The translations under genes were made by a program, and so were the position numbers. From positions 128,001 through 192,000 of the forward strand of contig CAWEYL010000003.1 in assembly GCA_963813335.1 (NCBI GenBank): a stretch of DNA of 64,000 nt. The letters run 5' to 3'. Shown here one piece after another: positions 55,467 through 64,000 of the stretch (positions within the stretch are counted from its first letter, which is position 1; each line of letters opens with the position of its first letter). The stretch comes from an uncultured Chloroflexia bacterium (lineage in GTDB: Bacteria > Chloroflexota > Limnocylindria > Limnocylindrales > CSP1-4). Under the pieces are notes generated by a model. That model was given only the letters and a program-made list of their open reading frames with translations. It searched no databases and was not told where the DNA came from.

Positions 55467-55910
55467 ATGACCGCACCCATGACGACGACCCAGACCGCCG
55501 GCCCGGCGCAGGCAAGCGCCTCGGCGAACGTTTCGACCCAGCTGGCCTGGATCCGGCCGTGGCTCCGGCTCGAGGGGGTCGCCGTGCTGGCCGCCGGGCT
55601 GGCGGGCTTCCTGGCCCTCGGGCTTCCGTGGTACCTCTTCGCCGTCTTGCTGCTGGTGCCGGACGTCTCGGCGATCGGCTACCTGCGCGGGCCGCGCATC
55701 GGGGCGATCGTCTACAACGTCGCCCACGACCTGGCCAGCGGGGCGGCGGTCGCTGGCATCGGGCTGGCCACCGGGAGCGTGCCGGTGATGGCCATCGGGG
55801 CGGTCCTGGTGGCGCACTCCGGCATGGACCGGGCGGCCGGCTACGGGCTGAAGCTGCCGACCTCGTTCCAGGACACGCACCTCGGCCGCATCGGCCGGCG
55901 CTCGGCGTAG
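55467..55910 (+). CDS. DUF4260-like membrane protein
   Basis: LRLEG, PDVSAIGYL.GPR.GA.VYN..H and MDRAAGYGLK..F..THLG. Confidence 0.85.
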   Translation: MTAPMTTTQTAGPAQASASANVSTQLAWIRPWLRLEGVAVLAAGLAGFLALGLPWYLFAVLLLVPDVSAIGYLRGPRIGAIVYNVAHDLASGAAVAGIGLATGSVPVMAIGAVLVAHSGMDRAAGYGLKLPTSFQDTHLGRIGRRSA

Positions 55911-55911
55911 C

Positions 55912-56160
55912 TCAGTCGTACAGGCGCTCGAGGTGCCACGTGCCCGCGACGCGGTCGAGGTAGACGAGGGCGAGCCAGCGCTCGCCGACCACCTTCACGT
56001 AGTCGCGGGCGATCGGGTCGCGCCACCAGGCCTCCTCCACCCGCCAGCGGTTGCAGACCTCGACCGCCTCACGCCGGCCGTTCCAGCTGATGGCCGTGAG
56101 GCGGCCGTCGGGATCCAGCTCGACCTCGATGCGCGGATGCTCGCGCAGCAGCCGGCTCAC
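55912..56160 (-). CDS. DUF6504-like small protein coupled to imuB
   Basis: WRVEEAWW..RDY..WHLERLYD; GTGA overlap with the imuB stop. Confidence 0.75.
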   Translation of the reverse strand: MSRLLREHPRIEVELDPDGRLTAISWNGRREAVEVCNRWRVEEAWWRDPIARDYVKVVGERWLALVYLDRVAGTWHLERLYD

Positions 56161-57434
56161 GGGACGGCCTCGCCGTCCAGTGCGACCCCCTGCCACGACC
56201 AGCGGTCCTCGGGGAGCGGCGCCTCGGGGTCGGCGATGGCGACCCGCCGGACGCGGTCCTCCCCGTAGGTCAGCGCGAGCCGCGCCAGCTGCCAGCCCAG
56301 CCGGGCCGTCCGCGCGGCCTGCGGCACGAACAACGGGAGCTGCTGCCCGGCGGCCGGGGTCGTGCCCCGCAGCTCGAGGTCCAGGCGCGCGACGGCGGCC
56401 GGCGGCGGCTCGCGTTCCAGGCGTGCGAACAGGAGGCGCTCGATCGCCTCGGGGTCCGCGGTGGGCTCCGGGAAGCGCTGCTCGACCTCGATCCGCGGCG
56501 CGGTCCCGGCCGCAGCGAACGCCAGGTCCAGCTCGAGCGTCAGCGTCGCGCGGTCCGCGGCGAGCCCCCGGCCCGTGAGCTGCGCGGTGAGGGCCGCCAC
56601 GAGCCGGTGCAGGACGAAGCGGAGCGGCTCGAGGTCCTCGACCGGCGGCTCGATGGGCAGTGCGAGGGCGAGCCGCTCGGGGGCGCGACGGGCACGGAAC
56701 GGGTCGGTCTCCTCCCCGCTCGCCCGCGCATGCAGCCTCGCCCCCTCGTCGCCGAACCGGGCGATCAACGCGCTCCGCGGCACGTCGGCCACGGCGCCGA
56801 TCCGGCGCAATCCGAACCTCGCGAGCCTGGCGCGGATGTCTGGGTCGGTGGTCAGCAGGCCTGACGGGCGATCGGCGAGGAACGCGGCGTCGTCGCCGGA
56901 CGGGACGATGACCGGGGCGTCGGGGCGGGCCGTGACCGCCGCGATGGTGGCCGCGAAATGCGTGCCGGCGATGCCGACCCGGAGCGGCGGGCCGGGCGCC
57001 GGCCACTCCCCGGGGAGCGCGCCACGGACCGCGGAACCGGCACGCTCGACGAGGACGGGCTCGGGACCCCACAACGGCCCCAGCCCATCGATGCCGAGCT
57101 CGAACTGGCCGAACGCCGCGTCCGTGGGGTCGCCGCTCCCCGCCAGGCTCGGGCTGAGCCGCCCGAGCGCCTCGAAGACGGCCTCGACCGCCTCCCGGTC
57201 CGCGTCGAGGTCGGGCTCGAGGAACGTCGCCTCAGGGGCGAGCCGGTGCGCGCTCCCCAGCGGCTGCCCGCGCCGGACGCCGAGCGCCCTCGCGTCCGGG
57301 CTCGCGTCGATGACCGGACCCGGGTCCCATGGCCGGCCGCCCAGCACGAGCGGGCCGGTCGGGAAGGGCTCGGATCGGCGGGCCCGTGCCAGGCCCAGGG
57401 GGAGATGCGGCACGAAGAGGTGGAGACGTCGCAT
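56157..57434 (-). CDS. imuB: ImuB-like inactive Y-family polymerase
   Basis: ARALGVRRGQPL, VGIAGTHFAA, FGLRRIG..LIARFG and clamp-motif-like QLPLF. Confidence 0.8.
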   Translation of the reverse strand: MRRLHLFVPHLPLGLARARRSEPFPTGPLVLGGRPWDPGPVIDASPDARALGVRRGQPLGSAHRLAPEATFLEPDLDADREAVEAVFEALGRLSPSLAGSGDPTDAAFGQFELGIDGLGPLWGPEPVLVERAGSAVRGALPGEWPAPGPPLRVGIAGTHFAATIAAVTARPDAPVIVPSGDDAAFLADRPSGLLTTDPDIRARLARFGLRRIGAVADVPRSALIARFGDEGARLHARASGEETDPFRARRAPERLALALPIEPPVEDLEPLRFVLHRLVAALTAQLTGRGLAADRATLTLELDLAFAAAGTAPRIEVEQRFPEPTADPEAIERLLFARLEREPPPAAVARLDLELRGTTPAAGQQLPLFVPQAARTARLGWQLARLALTYGEDRVRRVAIADPEAPLPEDRWSWQGVALDGEAVP

Positions 57435-58338
57435 GGTCGTGGTCTCGCGATCGGGGGGCCTCTGGTACGGGGGCTGGACGGTGGAGCGCGGGGGCCTGGT
57501 CGAGCAGCAGGGCGTCGCGGGCGAGACACGCGTCCCGCTCGCCGCCCTCGGCGTAGAGGATGCGGAGCGTCGCCGTGCGCCCCGGCGGGCCGTGGCGGTT
57601 GTGCGCGACGAGTGCCTCGGTGCGCTGGCCGACCACGTCGCGGCCCAGGCGGACCCACGACCGGCGGGCCAGCTCGAGCCGGATCCCGGTCGACTGGTCG
57701 ACCGCGGTCGCCAGGCCACCGGCGAGACCGGGCGCATCGAGGATCAGCAGCAGGATCTCCGCACGCCGGGCGAGCGCGGCGAGCCGGTGGAGCCGGTCGG
57801 CGATCCGGCCCGGCTTGTCGGTCCTGGCCAGGCGGCCGCCGGGCAGGTCGAGGACGAGCAGGTCGACCGAGCGGCCGGCCAGCAGCGAGCCCGCGATGCG
57901 CAGGCCCTCGTCGAGGCTGGCCGGGGTGATGACGACCAGCCATTCGAGCCGGACGCCGCGGGCGGCCGCCTCGACCGGGTCGAAGCTGCGCGACAGGTCC
58001 AGCCAGGCCACGACCGAGCCCTCCGACTGGGCCTCCGCGGCGACCCGCAGCGCGACGGTGGTCCGGCCGCTCGAGCCGTCGCCGCGGATGGCGACGCTGG
58101 CCGAGGTGGGGAGGCCGCCCGGGCCGAGGATCGCGTCGAGCGCGGCGAACCCGGTGTGGATGACCCGTTGGCTCGGGAGCGGCGCCAGGGCCGGCTCGGG
58201 CGCCACGGCCAGGGCGCCATCCGTGGCCAGGGCGAGCGCCCCGTCGGTGGCCGCGAGGGCCCGCCTCGGAGCTGCGGCACCCCAGCGAGCCTGGAGGCCC
58301 GCGAGCGCGGTGTCCACATCTCCACGGGGGGTCGTCAT
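57232..58338 (-). CDS. imuA: ImuA/RecA-like protein
   Basis: TGFAALDAILG.GGLP, degenerate Walker A GDGSSGRTT and FDPVEAAARGV; SOS box upstream. Confidence 0.78.
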   Translation of the reverse strand: MTTPRGDVDTALAGLQARWGAAAPRRALAATDGALALATDGALAVAPEPALAPLPSQRVIHTGFAALDAILGPGGLPTSASVAIRGDGSSGRTTVALRVAAEAQSEGSVVAWLDLSRSFDPVEAAARGVRLEWLVVITPASLDEGLRIAGSLLAGRSVDLLVLDLPGGRLARTDKPGRIADRLHRLAALARRAEILLLILDAPGLAGGLATAVDQSTGIRLELARRSWVRLGRDVVGQRTEALVAHNRHGPPGRTATLRILYAEGGERDACLARDALLLDQAPALHRPAPVPEAPRSRDHDHATSPPLRAASPPGPGTGPPIRALPDRPARAGRPAMGPGSGHRREPGREGARRPARAAAGERAPARP

Positions 58339-58353
58339 CGGACGTCGATACTA

Positions 58354-58365
58354 GAACATCTGTTC
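58354..58365. promoter_or_regulatory. LexA (SOS) box upstream of imuA
   Basis: TA-GAAC-ATCT-GTTC-TA. Confidence 0.88.
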
Positions 58366-58393
58366 TATCTCATCAACCCCTGTCGTCGCCTGG

Positions 58394-58627
58394 ATATGCA
58401 CGATGTCCGGCCAGGAGTCGCATCCAAATCTCGATGCACCTCGGATGCATATCGCGGGTGGCTCGAGCCGCAGTCTGCCGGAGTCGGTCGCCGGAGCCAG
58501 GGTGGCCGGGGCCCGCGGGTGGCTCGAGCGGCGGTGGCGATCTCGTATCGGCCACGCATCGGGCTCCATATGCAGCCGAGGTGCATACCGATCCGGGAAC
58601 ACACCCCCCTCCGCGAATCGTGCATAT
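58394..58627. repeat. 234-bp inverted-box element
   Basis: ATATGCACGAT-N29-ATGCACCTCGGATGCATAT, mirrored by ATATGCAGCCGAGGTGCAT-N30-ATCGTGCATAT. Confidence 0.75.
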
Positions 58628-58648
58628 GTCCGCAGGAGGGCCGGACGG

Positions 58649-58714
58649 GCGCCGCGCCAGGCGGGCGCCGCGCCGGGCGAGCGCCCGCGCCGGGCGAGCG
58701 CCCGCGCCGGGCGG
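58649..58714. repeat. About four copies of a 16-17-bp GC-rich tandem repeat
   Basis: GCGCC(C)GCGCCGGGCGA units. Confidence 0.7.
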
Positions 58715-58792
58715 GTGCCGATCGGGCGGACGCCGACCGCGTCACAGCCCGGTCACGCGAAGCGCCTAGCGTCAGCGCCTACCATGCTGCCG

Positions 58793-59536
58793 ATGCCCGC
58801 CACGACCACCGAGCCGCGCCCCGAACGCCCGATCCTCGTCGTCGACGACGACGCCAAGATCGTCCGGCTCGTGCGTACCTACCTGGAGCGCGAGGGCTAC
58901 GCGGTCGTCGCGGCCGCGGACGGCCCGGCCGCGCTCGATGCCATCGAGACCCACCGACCCGCCCTGGTCGTGCTCGACCTGATGCTCCCCGAGCTGGACG
59001 GACGGGCCGTCATCCGCGCGGTCCGGCGCGACGACGAGGCGGCCGCGACGCCGATCATCATCCTCTCGGCACGGGGCTCCACCATCGACCGGATCGCCGG
59101 CCTCGAGGACGGCGCCGACGACTACCTCCCCAAGCCCTTCTCCCCCGCCGAGCTGGTCCTCCGGGTGAAGTCGATCCTGCGCCGCGCGGCGCCGGCCGAC
59201 GCCACCGCTACGACGCGCCCGCCACTGGTCCACGCCGACCTCACGCTCGACCGCGACCGCTACGAGGTGACCCGCGACGGCGAGCCGATCCCGCTGACCC
59301 GCGTGGAGTTCCGGCTGCTCGAGGCCATCCTCGCCGCAGACGGCCGCGTCCTCACCCGCGACCAGCTCCTCGACTCGGTCTACGGCGACGACGGCGCCGA
59401 GATCCTGGACCGGACCATCGATGTCCACGTCGGCCGCCTCCGCGACAAGCTCGGCGACGACGCCGACCGGCCGCGCTACGTCGCCACGGTCCGCGGCGTC
59501 GGCTACCGCGCGGCCCGCACCGGTCCGGGCGCCTAG
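58793..59536 (+). CDS. OmpR-family response regulator
   Basis: ILVVDDD, LDLMLP, GADDYLPKPF and TVRGVGYR. Confidence 0.95.
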   Translation: MPATTTEPRPERPILVVDDDAKIVRLVRTYLEREGYAVVAAADGPAALDAIETHRPALVVLDLMLPELDGRAVIRAVRRDDEAAATPIIILSARGSTIDRIAGLEDGADDYLPKPFSPAELVLRVKSILRRAAPADATATTRPPLVHADLTLDRDRYEVTRDGEPIPLTRVEFRLLEAILAADGRVLTRDQLLDSVYGDDGAEILDRTIDVHVGRLRDKLGDDADRPRYVATVRGVGYRAARTGPGA

Positions 59537-59539
59537 CCG

Positions 59540-60598
59540 ATGGGTCGCGGGATCGCGGTCCGGATCGCCCTCGCGGCCCTGGCCTCGGCCGCGGTCGGCC
59601 TCGCGATCCTCGCCATCGGCGTCACCGTGGTCGGGGCGGACATCTTCACGACGCTCATGGTCGAGGCCGGCGAGCCCGCCGACCACGCCCGGTCGATGTA
59701 CGACCAGTCCGTCACGGTCGTCGTGATCGCCGCCGTCGGGGTCGCCGCGACCGCCAGCATCCTCCTCGCGGTCCTCCTCGCCCGGATGCTGGCGCGGCCG
59801 CTCGCGGAGGTCGGCACCGCCGCCCGTCGGGTCGCCGAGGGCGACTACGCCGCGCGCGTCCCGCGCGAAGGGCCGGACGAGCTGGTCAGCCTCGCCGATT
59901 CGTTCAACCAGATGGCGGCCAGCCTCGAGCGCCAGGAAGCGATGCGGCGCGACTTCATCGCGAACGCCGCCCACGAGCTGCGCACGCCCCTGACCAACCT
60001 GCAGGGCTACCTCGAGGCGCTGCGCGACGGGGTCATCACCCCGGACCGCGCGACCTACGAGTCCCTGTGGGACGAGGCGGAGCGGCTGGTCCGGCTCTCG
60101 CGGTCGCTCGATTCGCTGGCCGAAGGCGACGCCGCCGGGCCACCGACCCTCGTCGAGCTCGACCTCGCGGCGGCGATCCGCGGCGCGCTCGACCTGGCCC
60201 TGCCGGGGCTGGAGCGGGCCGGACTGACGGTGCTCGTCGACGTCCCGGAGCACCTGCCGGCGCGGGCGAACGCGGACCAGCTGGCCCAGGTGCTCGCGAA
60301 CCTGCTCTCCAACGCGGCCCGCTACACGCCGTCGGGCGGCACGGTGACGGTCCGGGCCGAGCGCCGCCCGGCCGACCTCCTGGTCTCGATCGAGAACAGC
60401 GGCGAGGGGATCCCGGCCGACGACCTCGACCGCGTCTTCGAGCGCTTCTACCGGGTCGAGAAGTCGCGCGACCGCGAGCGCGGCGGGGCCGGCATCGGGC
60501 TGGCGATCGTCAAGCAGCTCGTCGAGTCCGCTGGCGGGAAGGTCGGCGCCGAATCGGCCGCCGGCCGGACGCGGTTCTGGTTCAGCCTGCCGGCCTGA
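59540..60598 (+). CDS. HAMP-domain sensor histidine kinase (BaeS-like)
   Basis: 2 TM, HAMP, HELRTPL, NLLSNA and GAGIGLAI. Confidence 0.95.
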   Translation: MGRGIAVRIALAALASAAVGLAILAIGVTVVGADIFTTLMVEAGEPADHARSMYDQSVTVVVIAAVGVAATASILLAVLLARMLARPLAEVGTAARRVAEGDYAARVPREGPDELVSLADSFNQMAASLERQEAMRRDFIANAAHELRTPLTNLQGYLEALRDGVITPDRATYESLWDEAERLVRLSRSLDSLAEGDAAGPPTLVELDLAAAIRGALDLALPGLERAGLTVLVDVPEHLPARANADQLAQVLANLLSNAARYTPSGGTVTVRAERRPADLLVSIENSGEGIPADDLDRVFERFYRVEKSRDRERGGAGIGLAIVKQLVESAGGKVGAESAAGRTRFWFSLPA

Positions 60599-60710
60599 CG
60601 CAGCGCGTCGCGGAATCCCGCCCCGTTCACCTCGCGGCGGCGGGCGGCTTCGAGTTCCCAGGCGGTCATCGGCTCCATTCGGCAATCTCCACGTGGCGTC
60701 GGACAGGACG

Positions 60711-60792
60711 CTTGATGTCAAGTCTCTTGATATCGAACGACCACGTTACCCTAGCGCGAGAGATATCTTGATGTCAAGAGACTTGATATCGA
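60711..60792. promoter_or_regulatory. Two tandem double operators, probably for the MarR regulator
   Basis: CTTGATGTCAAG-N3-CTTGATATCGA at 60711 and 60767. Confidence 0.75.
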
Positions 60793-60833
60793 CCTTCTTG
60801 ACGTGGAGTGAGGGCCAGCCGATACTCCCGGCG

Positions 60834-61370
60834 ATGGATGCCACCGACGCCCTCGACGAGCTCGACGCCCAGCTCGAGGTCTGGGCGCGCGAGATCCCCG
60901 ACCTCGAGCCCGTGACCGAAGGCATCGTCGAGCGCATCCAGACGCTGGCCAAGGCGTTCGACCGCTCGCTCGACGAGACCCTCGCGGAATCCGGGCTCAA
61001 CCGGCACACGTTCCACGTCCTCGGCAAGCTCCGCCAGGTCGGCCCGCCCTACCAGCGCTCCGCGGGCGCGCTCGCGGCGCGGATGCGCCTCTCGAGCGGC
61101 GCGATGACCAATCGCCTCGACCGGATGGAGGCGGCCGGCCTCATCCGCCGGCTGCCCGACCCGCACGACCGGCGCGGCACGCTCGTCGAGCCGACCCAGG
61201 CCGGCCACGACATCTGGGACCGCACCGTCGGCACCCAGGCGCAGCGGGAAGCGAAGATCGCGTCCGTCATCGACGCGTCCGAGCGGGCGGAGCTGCATCG
61301 GCTGCTCCGCTGCCTGATGCGGGCGTTCCCGGGCAAGGGGCACGCCGTGGAGCCGCCCGCCGACGACTGA
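60834..61370 (+). CDS. MarR family regulator
   Basis: LSSGAMTNRLDRMEAAGLIRR.PDPHDRRG. Confidence 0.92.
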   Translation: MDATDALDELDAQLEVWAREIPDLEPVTEGIVERIQTLAKAFDRSLDETLAESGLNRHTFHVLGKLRQVGPPYQRSAGALAARMRLSSGAMTNRLDRMEAAGLIRRLPDPHDRRGTLVEPTQAGHDIWDRTVGTQAQREAKIASVIDASERAELHRLLRCLMRAFPGKGHAVEPPADD

Positions 61371-62271
61371 TCAGGCCGGCGCCGGCAGGCCGATCGCGAT
61401 CATCCCGACGAGGATCCCGCCGAGGCCGACCCACTGGACCGGCTTGAGCCGCTCACCGAGGAACGCCACGGCCGCGATGATCGTGACCGCCGGACCGAAC
61501 GAGGAGGCGAGCCCGACCATCCAGGTCGGCGCGGTCTCCAGGCCGAGCACGAAGAAGACGAGGCCGAGCACGTCCAGGGTGCCCGCCGCGATGACGCCGA
61601 GGACGACGGTCCGCCTCGACCACGGCGGGCCGTCGGTGGGGAGCGCGGCCGCGCGACGACCGGCTCGCGCCAGGACCACCAGGATCCCGATCGACAGCAG
61701 GGCGTTGAACCCGCGGGCCATGATCAGGAGCGGCAGCCAGTCGATGGTCTCGAGCGCGATGTCGGTGACGATCGACATGGTGCTGAAGAGGACCAGCGCG
61801 ATCACGGCGAAGACCACCCCGGGACCCGCGAACCGGGTGCCGCGCAGGCCGCCGTCGAACGCGACCCCGGTCAGGATCACCCCGACCGTCGCGACGGCCG
61901 CGCCGAACGCCTGGACGGTCGTCAGGGTCTCGCCGCGGATGGACGACGGCGAGGACGACAGTGAGGCCGCCGTACGCGGCGACCATGCCGCTGACCACCG
62001 AGATCGGCCCGATCTGCAGGCCGGTGAAGTACGACAGGTAGGCGCCGGCGCCGATGAGCCCGAGCACCGCCGCGACCGCGACCGAGGGCGCGTCGAGCGG
62101 GAGGACCGCACCGGTCAGCAGTCCCAGGGCCGCGAACTCGACGGCGCTCACGATCTGCAGCCCGGCCGTCACCCGCAGGCTGCCGATGACCCGGCTGGCG
62201 AGGGCCGTGATGACGTCGAGGGTGCCCCAGGCAAGAGCGGCGCCGAAGCCGGCGAGCAGGCCGAAGGGCAT
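61371..62271 (-). CDS. EamA/DMT transporter with an apparent +1 frameshift near 61941
   Basis: N-half ORF to LAVV and C-half from IRGETL; span 901 nt. Confidence 0.8.
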
Positions 62272-62406
62272 CGGCGGAGCCTAGCCGGGGCGCCGGCCGC
62301 GAGGGAGCCGGTTGCGCCCACCGCGTCCGCCGGCCGGGCCGGTCCGCGGGGGGTCGCGTGCTACACTCTGCCACCGTCCGGACGCCTCGCGCGACCGACG
62401 TCCCGT

Positions 62407-62482
62407 GGGGATGTAGCTCAGCTGGAAGAGCACCGCGTTCGCATCGCGGGGGTCAGGGGTTCGAGTCCCCTCATCTCCACCA
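62407..62482 (+). tRNA. tRNA-Ala (CGC)
   Basis: Cloverleaf, anticodon CGC, G3:U70 pair, GGTTCGA T-loop and encoded CCA. Confidence 0.97.
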
Positions 62483-62517
62483 CCTCCCCACACCTGCTCG
62501 GGTATGAGGCGCGCCGC

Positions 62518-63036
62518 GTGCGGATCCTCCTGGTCGGCCTGATGGGCAGCGGCAAGTCGACGGTCGGACGGCGCCTGTCGGCACGGACCGGGTGGCCGTA
62601 CCTCGACAACGACCAGCTGGTCGCCGAGGTCGACGGCCGGACCGCCCCGGAGATCATCGAAGCCGAGGGCGAGGCGGCGCTGCATACCGTGGAGGCCGAG
62701 GCTTTCGAGCTGGCCCTGACCAGGCCCATGCCCGTGATCATCGGGCTGGCCGGCTGGCTCGTGACCGACGAGGCGCGGCGGGCGCGCATCCGCGACGCGG
62801 GGACCGTGGTCTGGCTGCGGGCCGACCCGGCGATCCTCCTCCTGCGGGCCGGGTCGGGACGCGGCCGTCGGCCCGAGGCCCTCGCAGCCGACTGGATCGA
62901 GCGGACCGCCGCGGAGCGCGCGCCGATGTTCGAGGACGTGGCGGACTTCGTGATCGACGTCGACAAGCTCGCACCGAACAAGGTCGTCGAGCGGATCCTG
63001 GCGGCCGTCCCGTCCGCCCTCGATGAGCGCGGGTGA
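62518..63036 (+). CDS. Shikimate kinase-like protein
   Basis: LVGLMGSGKSTVGRRL..YLDND..EGEAAL and VVWLRA. Confidence 0.8.
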   Translation: MRILLVGLMGSGKSTVGRRLSARTGWPYLDNDQLVAEVDGRTAPEIIEAEGEAALHTVEAEAFELALTRPMPVIIGLAGWLVTDEARRARIRDAGTVVWLRADPAILLLRAGSGRGRRPEALAADWIERTAAERAPMFEDVADFVIDVDKLAPNKVVERILAAVPSALDERG

Positions 63037-63082
63037 AGTCCCAGATACGCGGCAGATAAGAGCGCCACGTCACGATGCCGGC

Positions 63083-63709
63083 ATGACGTCGGCCAGGGAT
63101 CCGGAGATCGAGCTGACCCGGCGGACGCTCGAGGCGCTCCGCGGCCTCGACCCGTCCGGGACGTGGGACGACGTGGCTCCGTCGGTGCTGCCGCTGCTGA
63201 AGCGCGTCAGCCACCCATACCCGCCGGATGCCGCACCGATGCACCTGCGCGTCCCGCCCGGGATCTGGACCGGCTTCGGCGTCGACATCGGCCCCGCCTG
63301 GGCGCACGTCTCGCGGGGCCTGTTCGCGCGCTGGGGCATCGACGAGGCGACCCTCCTCGGGACGGCGCTCGACAACCTGCGTCGCCGGGCGATCGAGCAG
63401 CCGCCCCAGGTCGAGCGTGCGACGGTGGTCGGCGCGCCGATCATCGTGATCCAGGCGCAGGGCTGGGGCTCGGCGCTGGTCCTCGCGCCGGACCGCCTTG
63501 CGGCGATCCTCGGACCGGAGCCGCGGACCCTGTTGACCCCGGTACGGAATGCGCTCGCTGCCTTGCCGCGCGACGTCGACATCGAGCTCGCCGCGCTGGT
63601 CTGGGAGACGTTCACCGAGGAGTGCGCGGACGAGCTCGACATCGACCCGTTGTCGTGGGACGGCCAGACGGTCACGGCCTTCGGCGCCGGTCCGGTCCTG
63701 GTGAACTAG
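63083..63709 (+). CDS. Hypothetical protein (DUF1444-like)
   Basis: WGIDEATLLGTALDNL, GSALVLAP and PVRNAL patterns. Confidence 0.6.
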   Translation: MTSARDPEIELTRRTLEALRGLDPSGTWDDVAPSVLPLLKRVSHPYPPDAAPMHLRVPPGIWTGFGVDIGPAWAHVSRGLFARWGIDEATLLGTALDNLRRRAIEQPPQVERATVVGAPIIVIQAQGWGSALVLAPDRLAAILGPEPRTLLTPVRNALAALPRDVDIELAALVWETFTEECADELDIDPLSWDGQTVTAFGAGPVLVN

Positions 63710-64000
63710 CCTGCGAGCGCCCCGTGCAGCTCCATCGAGTGGTCGCGCAGCCAGTGCCGCCACGTGACGTGGTCGGGGCGCTGCCCGGCGACGACGGCCC
63801 AGAAGCGCGGGCCGTGGCCGAAGACGCGCAGATGCGCGAGCTCGTGGATCACGACCGTCTCCAGCGCCTCTGGTGGAGCGAGGACCAGGCGCCACGAGAA
63901 GGAGAGCCGGCCCGCGCGCGAGGCGCTCCCCCAGCGCGACCTCGGATCCCGCAGGGCCACGGCGACGGGCTCGACGCCCATCGCCGATGCGTGACCCGCC
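63706..64000 (-). CDS. YgjP/M48-like zinc metallopeptidase (5' part outside the window)
   Basis: SRWGSAS, VVIHELAHL and HGPRFW. Confidence 0.88.
   Translation of the reverse strand, partial: AGHASAMGVEPVAVALRDPRSRWGSASRAGRLSFSWRLVLAPPEALETVVIHELAHLRVFGHGPRFWAVVAGQRPDHVTWRHWLRDHSMELHGALAG

Noticed and set aside
57232-57434. 203-nt imuA/imuB overlap as functional dual coding
   Set aside because: The imuA tail is low-complexity; late stop codons are common in GC-rich DNA, and an indel is also possible.
58649-58714. GC-rich tandem repeat as a functional array
   Set aside because: Short, almost purely G/C and consistent with replication slippage.
62407-62520. tRNA-Ala as an integration site
   Set aside because: No integrase and no duplicated tRNA 3' end were seen in the window.

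Overview
A very GC-rich bacterial chromosomal segment. It is most likely Chloroflexota (Limnocylindria/Ellin6529-like), inferred from gene content, Gram-positive-type LexA boxes and a CIRCE element. The backbone is the conserved order rpsT / lepA-hemW-hrcA-grpE-dnaK ... dnaJ-prmA-HIT ... rpsU-yqeY-HD phosphodiesterase-ybeY-pth-mfd. Also present are gap-pgk-eno, a split LexA-controlled mutasome (imuA-imuB-DUF6504-like, with dnaE2 separate), a two-component system and tRNA-Ala(CGC). Four things stand out. (1) A translationally coupled operon encodes a non-canonical Lgt paralogue, a tetraether-synthase (Tes/GDGT-MAS/MJ0619)-family radical SAM enzyme and two small membrane proteins, divergent from an acyl-CoA ligase; it is a candidate for a new lipid-tail coupling system. 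(2) A 174-bp element with fixed-spacing CAGATG boxes occurs twice, once over the 3' end of an HTH/PD-(D/E)XK nuclease gene and once gene-less. (3) A 234-bp inverted-box element of similar design lies upstream of imuA. (4) A MenA-like prenyltransferase carries an extra N-terminal domain that may be a split barrel. Five +1 frameshifts in four genes are probably assembly errors. All calls come from reading the sequence by eye; no database searches were run.
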